Source: Anaerolineae bacterium (GTDB taxonomy: Bacteria; Chloroflexota; Anaerolineae; Anaerolineales; Anaerolineaceae). From it: a stretch of 64,000 nucleotides of DNA. The DNA lies in the NCBI GenBank assembly GCA_013178095.1, contig JABLXK010000017.1, positions 2,475 through 66,474 on the forward strand, written 5' to 3'. The number at the start of each line of letters is the position of its first letter. Positions within the stretch are counted from its first letter, which is position 1. The position numbers were made by a program, and so were the translations under genes. Positions 10,330 to 20,551 of the stretch are shown here, piece after piece. The notes below the pieces were generated by a model. It worked only from the letters and a program-made list of their open reading frames with translations. It was not told the DNA's origin and made no database searches.

Positions 10330-11997
10330 CTACTTCTGGGGTCTTTCTGCCAAAGTTACGGTTAATTTGGTCTGCTTACCGTCACGAATGATGCTGAGTT
10401 CGACTTTATCTCCTGCTTTATAAGCGGATAACGCGCTGGCCAGTTCATTCATCGAAGCCACGCTGGTCCCGTCCAGGGCGGTGATGATATCGCCGCCAAT
10501 CAGCACCTGCTCGCCGTTCAACTCATAAGGTTTGTAGCTGCCGCGCAGGCCGGCTTTATCCGCGGGGCTGCCGCTCTGGATTTGCTGCACCAGCACGCCC
10601 GCGGGCGTGTTCTTCAATCCCATAGCCTGGGCGATTTCATCGTTCATGCTCATGCCGCTGAGGCCCAGCCAGGGGCTGCTGGCGCTCTTATTGGTTGAGG
10701 CGCTGCCAGGGCGGGCTGCCAGTGTTAAGGAAACCTGGTTTTCCTTACCATTGCGCAGATAGGTGAGATTCAACGTCTGCCCAACGTTGGCGTAGCGCGC
10801 CAGGTAAGCCGTCAGGTCTTCAAAGTCGTTAATCGCGTTCCCGTCCACCGCGATGATCACGTCGCCGCCCAGGCGTCGATCCTGCCCGTCGATTTTCACG
10901 GTTTTATCGCTGCCCTGCAACCCGGCTTTTTCAGCCGGAGTGGCGGGATTCACGTCGATGATCAGCGCCCCGCGCGTGGCTGCGTCCAGATTCATGGCTT
11001 GCGCGATCTCGGCGGTCAGGTCCGTGCCGGTGATGCCGATGTAAGGCTGCTGGTACGACCCGTCCTTGATCAGGAAAGGTACGATCTTCGAGACGATAAT
11101 GGAGGGAATCACATATCCCACACCGGAATTGGCTCTTACCGGCGATTCGATGGCGGACGTCACGCCGATCAGGCGTCCCTCGATATCCACCAGCACACCG
11201 CCGGAGTTGCCGGGGTTGATGGCCGCGTCTGTCTGGATCACGTCCGGGATGGTGTAGGTGGATGTGGCTTGGGAATCGCTCTCCAATGCCAGCGAACGAC
11301 CCAATCCGCTGACAATGCCGGTCGACATGGAGCTGTTCAGGCGGAAAGGATTGCCGATGGCGACCACCAGTTGGCCGACTTTTACCTGAGTGGAATCAGC
11401 TACCTGGATGGGGGTCAGTTGCGAGGCGGGTAAATCGACTTTTAACACAGCCAGGTCGCTGGCGGCATCCTGTCCGATGACCTCGGCGTCAGCGCTGGTG
11501 CCGTCGGCGAAACGCACGCGGATGGAATCCATGCCATCCACGACATGATTATTGGTCACGATGTGGCCTTCCGTATCCCACACGAACCCGGAACCCGCGC
11601 CGGTTTCCTGGTATTGCTGCTGGTTGCCGTTTTGATCTTCACCCTGGTTGTTTTCCTCGGGCAGGTTGAACCCAAAAGGAAATTCCGGCAGGGAGGGGGC
11701 AGATTCGGTTACCGTGGCGGAAACTTCGATGCTCACAACCGAGGGCAGCACTTGCTCATAGATGTTTTCGTAAGCAGCCTGTAAAGTCTCAAGACTGGGT
11801 GCCGCCAGTTCGGACGCTCCCGTCGCGGGTTTTTCAGAGGCTTCGGGGGTGGCTGGTGCCGCCGGGGCGGCGGAGCTTTCCGTTGCGGTGGCGTTGGGCG
11901 CGGTGCTATCGGGTAAATTTACCGTGGTGGCTGTGTTGCACGCAGCCAGGCTGAAGATCAGGACAAAACTGGTTATTATTAATGCTTTTCTTTTCAT
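10330..11997 (-). CDS. htrA: HtrA/DegP-family serine protease with two PDZ domains (lipoprotein signal)
   Basis: Catalytic blocks TNNHVV, DLAVLKV, GNSGGVL. Two PDZ-like segments. N-terminal FSLAAC lipobox. Confidence 0.9.
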   Translation of the reverse strand: MKRKALIITSFVLIFSLAACNTATTVNLPDSTAPNATATESSAAPAAPATPEASEKPATGASELAAPSLETLQAAYENIYEQVLPSVVSIEVSATVTESAPSLPEFPFGFNLPEENNQGEDQNGNQQQYQETGAGSGFVWDTEGHIVTNNHVVDGMDSIRVRFADGTSADAEVIGQDAASDLAVLKVDLPASQLTPIQVADSTQVKVGQLVVAIGNPFRLNSSMSTGIVSGLGRSLALESDSQATSTYTIPDVIQTDAAINPGNSGGVLVDIEGRLIGVTSAIESPVRANSGVGYVIPSIIVSKIVPFLIKDGSYQQPYIGITGTDLTAEIAQAMNLDAATRGALIIDVNPATPAEKAGLQGSDKTVKIDGQDRRLGGDVIIAVDGNAINDFEDLTAYLARYANVGQTLNLTYLRNGKENQVSLTLAARPGSASTNKSASSPWLGLSGMSMNDEIAQAMGLKNTPAGVLVQQIQSGSPADKAGLRGSYKPYELNGEQVLIGGDIITALDGTSVASMNELASALSAYKAGDKVELSIIRDGKQTKLTVTLAERPQK

Positions 11998-12208
11998 TCA
12001 TACCTCCAAATATACATGCGTACGTAATCTGTACACATTAAAATCATTTGTTAATTTACACCAGAGCTGTCAGTGGGCGGTAAGAGTTTTGTAAAAATTT
12101 CGTAAAGGTTTATGAACAACAAAGAGATAGATAACCGGGTTTTGCAAGCCGATCATATATAATTACCCGGAAGCAATAAATAGAAACCGTTTGTAAAGGA
12201 AATGATCT

Positions 12209-13099
12209 ATGGCGCCAATCAGCAGAAATCCACTTTTTGGACTGGCTTTGGGGGGCGGCGGGGCCAGAGGTTTCGCTCATATCGGGGTTTTAAAGATCCT
12301 CGAAGCGGACGGCATCAAACCGCAGCTGCTTGCGGGCACCAGCATGGGGGCGGTGATCGCCGCCATGTATGCCAGCGGGATGAGCGCGAATGAGATTGAA
12401 GCGGAAGCCATGCGCATGGGCAGCATGAGCAATTTGGGCAATATGGTCAAGCTGCTGGATAGCGATCTGGCGAAATTGAGTCACGTGGTCAGCAATTCTG
12501 CGGTACAGGAATATTTATCCGGCCTGTTCAACGGGAAAAAGGATTTCAGCGAATTGCAGATCCCCCTGGCGGTGGCCGCGGTGGACGTGATGCACGCGCG
12601 CGACGTTGTGCTGCAGGAAGGCAACCTGCCGGAAGCGGTCAGCGCGTCCATGGCTCTGCCGGGCATCATCGAGCCGCTGCAGAAGGACGGCATGTTCCTG
12701 GTGGACGGCGGATCGCTGAACAACGTCCCGGCCGATCTTGTGGATAGCATGGGCGCCGAAGTGGTGGCGGCTATCGACGTCAGCCCGGACGTGACCAACA
12801 TGGAATTCTGGAAAGAGCAGCACATGCCAGGTATCGCTGTGGCCAACTGGCGCACCAATGCCATCATGGTCTCCAACTTCACGGCTGCCAAGCTGCGCAA
12901 GGCGCGCACGGACGTGATCATCCGGCCGAATATCAGCTCGCAGATCACCACGCTCTCCGGGTTCAAATACGTAAAAGAACTGGTGGATGCCGGCGCCAAA
13001 GCGGCGCTGGATGCCCTGCCGGAATTGCGCAAGCTGCTGAAAGCGCGCATCTATCTGGTGGCTCCCAAAATCAAGCGGGCAGAACCGGCGGAATTGTGA
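12209..13099 (+). CDS. Patatin-like phospholipase
   Basis: GLALGGGGARG oxyanion loop, GTSMGA nucleophile elbow, DGG near the C-terminal part of the domain. Confidence 0.85.
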   Translation: MAPISRNPLFGLALGGGGARGFAHIGVLKILEADGIKPQLLAGTSMGAVIAAMYASGMSANEIEAEAMRMGSMSNLGNMVKLLDSDLAKLSHVVSNSAVQEYLSGLFNGKKDFSELQIPLAVAAVDVMHARDVVLQEGNLPEAVSASMALPGIIEPLQKDGMFLVDGGSLNNVPADLVDSMGAEVVAAIDVSPDVTNMEFWKEQHMPGIAVANWRTNAIMVSNFTAAKLRKARTDVIIRPNISSQITTLSGFKYVKELVDAGAKAALDALPELRKLLKARIYLVAPKIKRAEPAEL

Positions 13100-13100
13100 G

Positions 13101-13134
13101 AAAAAAAACCTCGGGATTAATCTCCCGAGGTTTT
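13101..13134. terminator. Bidirectional hairpin terminator
   Basis: A8-ACCTCGGGA ... TCCCGAGGT-T4 between convergent genes. Confidence 0.6.
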
Positions 13135-13138
13135 GATA

Positions 13139-14683
13139 TTAATCGCTGAACCCTTCGCGTTGATAAGCCCGGTTGATCAACGCGGCGGCGATCTGCGAGC
13201 CTTCGTGCAAATACTGGCGGGTGGCCTGGATAGGCTTCTCTTTTTCCAGTTTGATCGGGTGAATCAGACCGTCCAGGCTTTGATAGCGGATTCTCTTGCG
13301 CTGTTCCTTGTAGGATAAATTCAGCAGGGTTTCAATCCCAAAACCGGTGTTGCGTATCTCTTCAACCAGCGGCAGAAAATCCCTGCGCCATAGTGCGCGC
13401 TGCCCGGAAAGTTTGCGGAATGGATCGAACAGTTTGGCGACTTCGGAAGCGTATTGCGGATCGCCGATGACCATGTCGGCTTTATCCTTCAGCAGCGGTT
13501 CCGTTAATTTTTGGACATGATCTCCTTTCAACCCTTTCAGGTCGGCATCCAGGAATACCAGCAGATCACCCTGCGCGCGCAGCGCAGCCGCCACCATGGC
13601 GTTGCTCTTGCCGCGGTTTTTTGCGAAATGGATAATTTTCAGCTTGCTGTTGCCGGCGAAGGCATCGATGATGGCCGCGGTGCCGTCACTCGATCCATCA
13701 TTGACCACGATCACCTCGTCCGCTTCCCGGCAGTCGGCCAGAACGCTGAGGATATCTTTCAACGATTTTTCCTCGTTGTAGGCGCACACGATGGCGCTGA
13801 CGACCGGTTTTTGGGCGCGGCGGCTGATGAGCTCTTTTTCATTCTCTGTGGGTTCATATTGAAAAAGGATGCGGGCATAACGCATCTTCTCCTGGAAAAG
13901 GACCGGGTTGAAATGTTCCTCGTAGTAGCGGCGCACCGCTTCGAAATTGCGGAATTCGGTCGCGAAGAGGGTTTTCAACAGTTTTAATTTAATCTCACCG
14001 GTTTTCCCGATGAAATGCAGCAGGGTTTGATTCAGCGGTTCCAGGTAATGGTTGTAGCAATCGAATGCGTATTGCAGTGTCGGGAGCGTGTTGCCGGTGA
14101 TATCGCGGTAGTCCTTCTTCACCAAACCATAGGTTTGCGCGCAAGCAATGTATTCGTCCTCGATATGCGATCCGCGGAACCCGCTGCGATCATCCTGTTT
14201 AAAAATGCCCGATACCAGCAAATACCCTCCGGGGCGCAAGCAGCGCATGCTTTGCGAAAAGCCCATGTCCATGGCGAAATAGCCCTGCGATTCGCTCATC
14301 AGCACCAGATCGAATTGCCGGTTGGGGATGAAATCCTCGATGGCGGTGTTGAAGAACTGGATGCGGGCGGGATTGGTATCTTTAAAATATGCTGCGTGGA
14401 CTTTGTCGGGGGAGATGGCGGTCACCCGATATCCCCGTTCAGCTAATGCCCTGGCGTTGTCGCCGATGCCGCAGCCAATATCGAGGATCTCGTGCACGTC
14501 CGCGGGGATCATTTCCAGCAGCGTTTCCGTGTAGCGTTTCTGCGCGCGGCGGATGCTTTCCAGGTTGAGCTTTTCTTTTTCTTCCCAATATCCGTAATGC
14601 AGTGAATTCAACTTCAGCACCTCGGTGCAGAAGAAAAGCTCCAGGTTCAATTCGGGCTTATCCCATGATGCAATTTGTGTCAT
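13139..14683 (-). CDS. Fusion protein: class-I SAM-dependent methyltransferase (N-terminal) plus family-2 glycosyltransferase (C-terminal)
   Basis: ILDIGCGIGDNARAL (SAM motif I) in the N-terminal half. VSAIVCAYNEEKSL ... VVNDGSSDGT ... FLDADL (GT2 DxD) in the C-terminal half. ATG 14683 with AGAGG RBS preferred over the listed 14740. Confidence 0.8.
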   Translation of the reverse strand: MTQIASWDKPELNLELFFCTEVLKLNSLHYGYWEEKEKLNLESIRRAQKRYTETLLEMIPADVHEILDIGCGIGDNARALAERGYRVTAISPDKVHAAYFKDTNPARIQFFNTAIEDFIPNRQFDLVLMSESQGYFAMDMGFSQSMRCLRPGGYLLVSGIFKQDDRSGFRGSHIEDEYIACAQTYGLVKKDYRDITGNTLPTLQYAFDCYNHYLEPLNQTLLHFIGKTGEIKLKLLKTLFATEFRNFEAVRRYYEEHFNPVLFQEKMRYARILFQYEPTENEKELISRRAQKPVVSAIVCAYNEEKSLKDILSVLADCREADEVIVVNDGSSDGTAAIIDAFAGNSKLKIIHFAKNRGKSNAMVAAALRAQGDLLVFLDADLKGLKGDHVQKLTEPLLKDKADMVIGDPQYASEVAKLFDPFRKLSGQRALWRRDFLPLVEEIRNTGFGIETLLNLSYKEQRKRIRYQSLDGLIHPIKLEKEKPIQATRQYLHEGSQIAAALINRAYQREGFSD

Positions 14684-14808
14684 TTCGACCTCTGTGTGTA
14701 AATTTGTCCGTATTATGGTCGAAAGGACATGCGCGGGCATCCTCCAAATGGGTGGGGGATTGCATGATTTAAATGGGGGATAGGAATGAGAAAAATGGGG
14801 GATGGGGA

Positions 14809-17448
14809 TTAAACCAGCTCCAACAGCCGGGCTTTTTCGATCAATTCGTGGCGGGTATGCACATCCAGCTTACGGTGAATGCTTTTGATATGGGTTCTAA
14901 CGGTGCTATAGGCAATGAATAAATCCGCCGAGATTTGCGGTCCTTTCCTGCCTTGCACGAGCATCTTAAGGATTTCGATTTCACGCTCGCTGAGCGGTTC
15001 GGGCAGGATACTGGTTGGAATTTTCTTGCGCTCCCCGCTAACCGCGCTGGCGCTGCGCAGCAGCCGCATAATAAAAGCGGGCGATTCGGCGGAAAGTTCC
15101 GGCAGCAATTTCAACACCTGCGGATTCTCGTCCAGGAATGCGCGCTGGTATTCCTCCGGCGCGGCGATGTGGATGGCGCGCTTGAGGCATTCCAACGCTT
15201 GCTGTTTCTTGCCGTTGTGATCCCAGATGACTGCCTGCAACAGTTTGATGGTGAGCAGCCAGCGGTAATACCCGCGCCGCGCGGCCTGTTTTTCCATTTC
15301 GCGCAGCCGGCGGGCAGCCTCATTGAAATCTTCCGTGCGGATCAGGTAGCGGGTATAGACCAGCATCATCTCCATGTTCAGGTAATCCGGTTTTTGAGTG
15401 AGCGCCGGTCCTTCGCGCCGCGCCCAGTGTTCCACCTGAAGCAAATTGCCCTGCAGCAGGTTCAGGTTGGCTTCCCAGGCGTTCAGCCAGCTCTCGTCGC
15501 TGAGCGTGGCGCTGCCTGCCAGCGATTGGGCGCGCTTGATCGATTCCAGCGCCCGGCCGGGTTCGCCGCCGGCCTGGTAGATTTGCGAGGCGTAATAATG
15601 GCAGAAAATCTGGTTCAGACCCACCCCGGCTTGATCGTTCAACGCCAGGGCTTTTTCGATGGATTCATAAGCCGCGTCCAGGCGGTTGGCTTCAAAGTTC
15701 AGGCGGGCGATCCAGGCATGGATGCCGCCCAGCGCGGGATCTGCCGCGTCGCTGCTGCGCGCAACCGCTTTTTGGCAAAGGTCCAGCGCTTCCCCCCGGC
15801 GTCCATTGAAAAACAGTGCGGCTGCCAGCGAGTTGATAATGGCGTAGGTGAAGGTTTTTCCGCCTACCGATCTGCCGATGCGCAAGGCCTCATAGAGCGT
15901 CTCGATCGACTTGCCGATGTGATCGATGCGTTTCTGGGTTTCTGCCTGCGCCCATAAAGCCATCAGATTCCAGGCGCTGCGGTTCTTGGGCAGCAGTTTC
16001 TGCGCGATTTTTGCTTCCTTCAGGGCGCTATCGTAGTGGTGCGCATACATCACCTGAATAAACGCACGCAGCGCGCCCAGCTTGCCCAAGGTGACTTGCA
16101 GGGGGCCGGCCTCGTCGCGCTTTTTCGCGCGTGAAACAGTCCTGATTAAATCTTCAGCGCGCTCGGTCAACACCTGCGCTTGGACAAAATCCCCTTTCAA
16201 AGCGTCAATCCAACCCTGGTAAACCAGCAATTCCGGCCTGGACTGGAATCCGTTTCCGCTCCATTTACCCAGCCAATCTGCAAGGCTTGTTAAATCGCCC
16301 TCCAGAATGGCATGCTCGCAGGCGGGTTCGATGATCTCCAGAGCGCTGGATTCGTCGCCGGACCGCAACCCGTAAGCCACCGCCTCGCGCAAAAGACCTT
16401 GCTGCTGGAACCAGCGGGATGTCCTCCAAAAGGTCATTTGTTTTTCCTGCGGATCGCATTTGGCGTCCAGGAATTCCCGGAACAGCGGATGATATCCGCA
16501 CCAGCCGGGTTGTTCCTGATTGGGGAAACAGAAGAGGTGATTCCCAATCAGAGTGTCGATATGATTTTGCGCATTGCGGCTATGAATGACGGCTGCGCAC
16601 AAAGGCGCGCAAAAAGAATCCAGTGCGGCGGTTTTTACCATGAATTCCTGCAATGCCGCATTTTCTTTGGAAAATACTTCCTCTTCAAAGTACGCGCTCA
16701 TAAAGCGCAGCGCCCCGTTGAGGCGGGCGGACAAACTTCCGGCGTCGTTGGGTAGCGGGCTGCCGAGTTGATCGATTGCCAGCCGCAGCCCTGCGACCCA
16801 ACCTTGCGTTTTCTGCTGGAGGATCTCCAGATTTTCCGGCGGGATTGGTTGGTTGTTATTCTTGCGCTCGATGAATGAACGGGTTTCATTCAGATTGAAA
16901 CGCAGATCGCCTTCGTCTAATTCGACCAGTTGATTGGATGCGCGCAGGCGCGAAACCGCCAGAGCGGGATTTTTGCGGGAGATCAACACGATCCCGTACT
17001 GGGGTGGCAATTGTTCCAGAAGATTTTCCAGCAGGTTCAATACGGCGCGGCTGCGAATACTTTCAAATCGGTCGAAAATTAAAAGCGTGGTTTTTCCCGA
17101 ATGATGAACACTTTGCAGGATACGATCGACTGCGCCCTTTGGTTCGGATGCATGCGCGGATTCCGGGATGGCGCCGTCCGCCCTTTGAGAAACGAGATAT
17201 GCAAAATTGTCCGGGTCGTCGTCGCCGCTGTCCAGGTTGAACCAGTGATGATCGATGCCGATTTGCTGCAGCCAGGCATGCACCAGGCTGGTTTTACCGT
17301 AACCCGCCGCGGCGGTCAGCAGGTACAGGCGCGCTTTCCGTTCCAGCCCGTTTGTCAGAGCCACCAACAACCGCGGACGCGCCACCAGATCATCGGGCAG
17401 ATGCGCGGGATGATATTTATTGTAAGGAATCGGCGTGTTCGATTTCAT
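14809..17448 (-). CDS. MalT-like LuxR-family transcriptional regulator (STAND NTPase, TPR-like repeats, C-terminal HTH)
   Basis: Walker A LLTAAAGYGKTSL. Long helical-repeat middle region. C-terminal LSEREIEILKMLVQGRKGPQISADLFIAYSTVRTHIKSIHRKL LuxR HTH. Confidence 0.85.
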   Translation of the reverse strand: MKSNTPIPYNKYHPAHLPDDLVARPRLLVALTNGLERKARLYLLTAAAGYGKTSLVHAWLQQIGIDHHWFNLDSGDDDPDNFAYLVSQRADGAIPESAHASEPKGAVDRILQSVHHSGKTTLLIFDRFESIRSRAVLNLLENLLEQLPPQYGIVLISRKNPALAVSRLRASNQLVELDEGDLRFNLNETRSFIERKNNNQPIPPENLEILQQKTQGWVAGLRLAIDQLGSPLPNDAGSLSARLNGALRFMSAYFEEEVFSKENAALQEFMVKTAALDSFCAPLCAAVIHSRNAQNHIDTLIGNHLFCFPNQEQPGWCGYHPLFREFLDAKCDPQEKQMTFWRTSRWFQQQGLLREAVAYGLRSGDESSALEIIEPACEHAILEGDLTSLADWLGKWSGNGFQSRPELLVYQGWIDALKGDFVQAQVLTERAEDLIRTVSRAKKRDEAGPLQVTLGKLGALRAFIQVMYAHHYDSALKEAKIAQKLLPKNRSAWNLMALWAQAETQKRIDHIGKSIETLYEALRIGRSVGGKTFTYAIINSLAAALFFNGRRGEALDLCQKAVARSSDAADPALGGIHAWIARLNFEANRLDAAYESIEKALALNDQAGVGLNQIFCHYYASQIYQAGGEPGRALESIKRAQSLAGSATLSDESWLNAWEANLNLLQGNLLQVEHWARREGPALTQKPDYLNMEMMLVYTRYLIRTEDFNEAARRLREMEKQAARRGYYRWLLTIKLLQAVIWDHNGKKQQALECLKRAIHIAAPEEYQRAFLDENPQVLKLLPELSAESPAFIMRLLRSASAVSGERKKIPTSILPEPLSEREIEILKMLVQGRKGPQISADLFIAYSTVRTHIKSIHRKLDVHTRHELIEKARLLELV

Positions 17449-17686
17449 CCTGCCCTTCCGGAAAATGACCGTTTCGCGTTGTAGCTTCCTTTGGCTGCGT
17501 GTTCATATCGTATTGCTTGTATCATATCATTGCTGGACGAATTTCCGAAGAACCAACCGATTACCCTTTCTCTCGCAAGATTCGTCAAAAGCCGCTGAAT
17601 TCGCCTCCGGATTATCTTCAAATTCCACAATAATCGTCAAGAGGTTATCGGATTACGAATTTATCATATTGAAAAAAGGAGCTGAA

Positions 17687-18169
17687 ATGGAAGGACGTTA
17701 TTTTATCGAACCGATCGGCAAAATCAAAGCAAACGAGGAGGGATTCCTGATTGAAATCGATGCGGCATATCGGGCAGCCTTGACCAACCTCGATCAATTC
17801 AGCCACGCGCTGATCTTCTGGTGGGGGCATCAAAATGACCGCGCGGATTTGCGCCAAACGACCATGGTCGACCTGCCCTATGCGCGTGGAACACGCGCCG
17901 GCGTTTTCGCCTGCCGCTCGCAGATCCGGCCGAATCCGATCGCCGTGACCACCTGCGCGCTGCTTCACGTGGATGTGGCGAACGGCATTGTGGTTGTGCC
18001 CTGGATCGATGCTTTCGACGGGACGCCGCTGATTGACATCAAACCCTTCATGCCGACTTCGGACCGCGTGCGCGATTTTCATGTCGCGCCCTGGGCGAAA
18101 GATTGGCCGGAATGGATGGAAGACGCGGGTTTGTATTTTCAGGAACATGCTGTCGATTTTGGCGATTGA
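17687..18169 (+). CDS. TrmO/TsaA-like (YaeB family) SAM-dependent methyltransferase
   Basis: FIEPIGKIK ... GVFACRSQIRPNPIAVT ... VPWIDAFDGTPLIDIKPFMP typical of the TrmO N-terminal domain. AAGGAG RBS before ATG 17687. Confidence 0.75.
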   Translation: MEGRYFIEPIGKIKANEEGFLIEIDAAYRAALTNLDQFSHALIFWWGHQNDRADLRQTTMVDLPYARGTRAGVFACRSQIRPNPIAVTTCALLHVDVANGIVVVPWIDAFDGTPLIDIKPFMPTSDRVRDFHVAPWAKDWPEWMEDAGLYFQEHAVDFGD

Positions 18170-18178
18170 ACCCATTCA

Positions 18179-18206
18179 CTGCCGCTTCCCATGCGGGAAG
18201 CGGCAG
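18179..18206 (+). terminator. Hairpin (possible terminator) after the TrmO-like gene
   Basis: CTGCCGCTTCCC / GGGAAGCGGCAG 12-bp stem with a 4-nt loop. Only a weak T tail. Confidence 0.4.
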
Positions 18207-18224
18207 TTATAATGCAATCAGCAA

Positions 18225-18752
18225 ATGGGAGTTATACAAATGAAAATAGAGTTTATTTCCAGGCAGGCTACATACCTGATGGGCATGAGTTTTTATGGAG
18301 ATCCGTTCAAGGACGCGGGGGATTGGAGCGAGAGCAATGAGATCGGACGGTTGTGCCGACGGTACATGGATTACGCGGGTAAAAACCGGGATGCGCTGCT
18401 TCCGCTGACACTTAAAGATGATTTTTACGAGGTGCACATCTATGGCGAAGAAAGTCCTGCCAGGGGGTTATTCGAGGTTTTTGTGGGCCAGGAAACCGGG
18501 GAATGGAACAGCCTGCCGCTGGAATTGTCGATTAAAGTTTTACCCGCCGGTCAATTTGCCAAAGTTGATTTGGTTGGGCAGGCGATTATTTCGGATTGGT
18601 ACAAGGATCTGGATGAGCGGCTCGCCCGGGAGGGTTGGCAGCGCGGTCTGCCCTTTTTCTTTCAGGTCTATGACCAGCGTTATAAAGGGTTGGAGCGCAT
18701 CGCTGAATCCGAACTGACCGCATACATTCCCGTGAAGCCCATCCTGAAGTAA
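18225..18752 (+). CDS. GyrI-like small-molecule-binding domain protein
   Basis: About 170 aa, stand-alone effector-binding (GyrI/SbmC-like) pattern: YLMGMSFYG ... YEVHIYGEE ... FEVFVGQE ... YIPVKP. The start could instead be ATG 18240. Confidence 0.65.
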   Translation: MGVIQMKIEFISRQATYLMGMSFYGDPFKDAGDWSESNEIGRLCRRYMDYAGKNRDALLPLTLKDDFYEVHIYGEESPARGLFEVFVGQETGEWNSLPLELSIKVLPAGQFAKVDLVGQAIISDWYKDLDERLAREGWQRGLPFFFQVYDQRYKGLERIAESELTAYIPVKPILK

Positions 18753-19595
18753 ATGGAAGAACGAATCGCCGCCATCAATGCGGCCTTGGATTTCATCGAG
18801 CAGCACTTGCGTGAGGATATTCGCGTGGAAGATATGGCTGTCTCCTGCGGCTATTCGCTTTTTCATTTCATCCGCCTGTTCAACCAGTGTGTTCATCACA
18901 CCCCCTATGATTACCTGATCCGCAGGCGCCTGGCGGGAACGGTCGATGAACTGCTGCGCACCCGCCGGCGCTTGATCGATATTGCTTTGGATTACCGCTT
19001 TCAAAATGCCGAGACTTTTTCCCGTGTTTTTTCGCGCGTATTCGGGCTTCAACCCAGCCGGGTGCGCAAGCAGGGCTGGCTGGACCGCCGCCTGATCTTG
19101 CAGCGCTGTGATCTGGAATTGATGCGCCATTACCTGAAGTTTGGAATTCCGCATGCCAGCCGAATTGCCGGGGCGGAGCGCTGGCTGGCAGGCTGCCCGC
19201 TGGAGGGCGATATTTCATTGGTCAAGATGAGAGAAATCCGTGAACGATTGAAATTGCTGCTTCGCGCAGCCTCCCGTTGGTATTGGGTGCGCACCTATCC
19301 ACTGGACGGCAGCCAGGCTGAACCTGCCGATTTCGCCGGAGTGGAAATTGTAGATCCCTCCAGTCTGCCGGCGCATTTGTTTGCCCGCCGCCTTCCGGCC
19401 GGAGATTGGGCGGTTTTTTCAGGGCAGAGACTTTTGGAAAATGTCCAATTTGCCCGCGCGTACATCTACCAGACCTGGACCGCCAACACCGGTGAAAAAA
19501 TCGCCTCGCCATTGGAGGTAGGCTGCTTTTCACAGGGTGAAAAATCCGATTCATTTACAATTTCTTTACCTGTTTCCAATAGCACAGTGCGATAA
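18753..19595 (+). CDS. AraC-family transcriptional regulator with C-terminal GyrI-like effector domain
   Basis: N-terminal double HTH (VEDMAVSCGYSLFHFIRLFNQ ... IDIALDYRFQNAETFSRVFSRVFG). The ATG directly abuts the upstream stop (TAAATG). Confidence 0.85.
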   Translation: MEERIAAINAALDFIEQHLREDIRVEDMAVSCGYSLFHFIRLFNQCVHHTPYDYLIRRRLAGTVDELLRTRRRLIDIALDYRFQNAETFSRVFSRVFGLQPSRVRKQGWLDRRLILQRCDLELMRHYLKFGIPHASRIAGAERWLAGCPLEGDISLVKMREIRERLKLLLRAASRWYWVRTYPLDGSQAEPADFAGVEIVDPSSLPAHLFARRLPAGDWAVFSGQRLLENVQFARAYIYQTWTANTGEKIASPLEVGCFSQGEKSDSFTISLPVSNSTVR

Positions 19596-19616
19596 TTATC
19601 GTTACAATATATAGTT

Positions 19617-20546
19617 ATGGCGTTCGAAATCGGGAAGCGCTTTGACGTTCTGCTGGATGGGGGCTACTTCAGCGACCTGGTTTTTACCGGTCTGCCGGAA
19701 TTCCCGCGCCTGGGACACGAAATTTACAGCCGCGAGTTCGACCTGGTGCCCGGTGGGGCATACAACACCGCCGTTGCCATGCACCGCCTGCGCCTGAAAG
19801 TCGCCTGGCCTTGTTGTTTCGGCTCCGATCCTTTCAGCCAGTTCGTACGCGATAGTGCAGTAGGTGAGGGTTTGGACGCCTCATTTTTCGAGAAAAGCAT
19901 GCAGCCCTCGCTGCGCATCACCGTGGCTTTCTCATTCGACCATGAACGCGCCTTCCTGAGCTACAGTGATCCGGTTCAACCGCTGCCCCTGCTGAAATTG
20001 CTGAAAAGATTGCGGCCGGTCTGGTTATGCGTGACACACCTGGCGTTTGGAGCGGATTACGAGCAGCTCTTCCGAACCGCCCGCGAACTGAACACGCGCG
20101 TCTTTATGGATTGCCAGGCCCACCGGCAGAGCCTTTCCAATCCGGATATCCGGAATGCATTGCAATTGGTAGATGTATTTGCGCCTAACGAAGAGGAAGC
20201 CGTCCTTTTAACGGGTAAACAAAACGCGGAGCAGGCCCTGGAGGCGTTGACTGAATATGTCCCGCTTGTGATCATCAAGCAGGGTGGATCGGGCTGCCTG
20301 TGCCGTCAGCAGGGCGGCGAAACCCTGCGCGTTCCCGGCATCCATGTAAAGGTGGTGGATACCACCGGCGCGGGCGATAACTTCAATTGCGGATTTGTGT
20401 GCGGTCAGGCCAACGGTTTTTCGCTGCTCGACAGCCTGCGCATGGCGAATATCTGCGGCGGTTTGTCCACACAAAGCAGAGGCGGGACGACCACCTCTCC
20501 GACCTTCAACCAGGTAAAACATTTTTTGGAAGCCTCAAAACCATAA
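19617..20546 (+). CDS. PfkB-family carbohydrate/nucleoside kinase
   Basis: C-terminal DTTGAGDNFNCGF signature and N-terminal GGAYNTA motif. Confidence 0.85.
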   Translation: MAFEIGKRFDVLLDGGYFSDLVFTGLPEFPRLGHEIYSREFDLVPGGAYNTAVAMHRLRLKVAWPCCFGSDPFSQFVRDSAVGEGLDASFFEKSMQPSLRITVAFSFDHERAFLSYSDPVQPLPLLKLLKRLRPVWLCVTHLAFGADYEQLFRTARELNTRVFMDCQAHRQSLSNPDIRNALQLVDVFAPNEEEAVLLTGKQNAEQALEALTEYVPLVIIKQGGSGCLCRQQGGETLRVPGIHVKVVDTTGAGDNFNCGFVCGQANGFSLLDSLRMANICGGLSTQSRGGTTTSPTFNQVKHFLEASKP

Positions 20547-20551
20547 CAATA

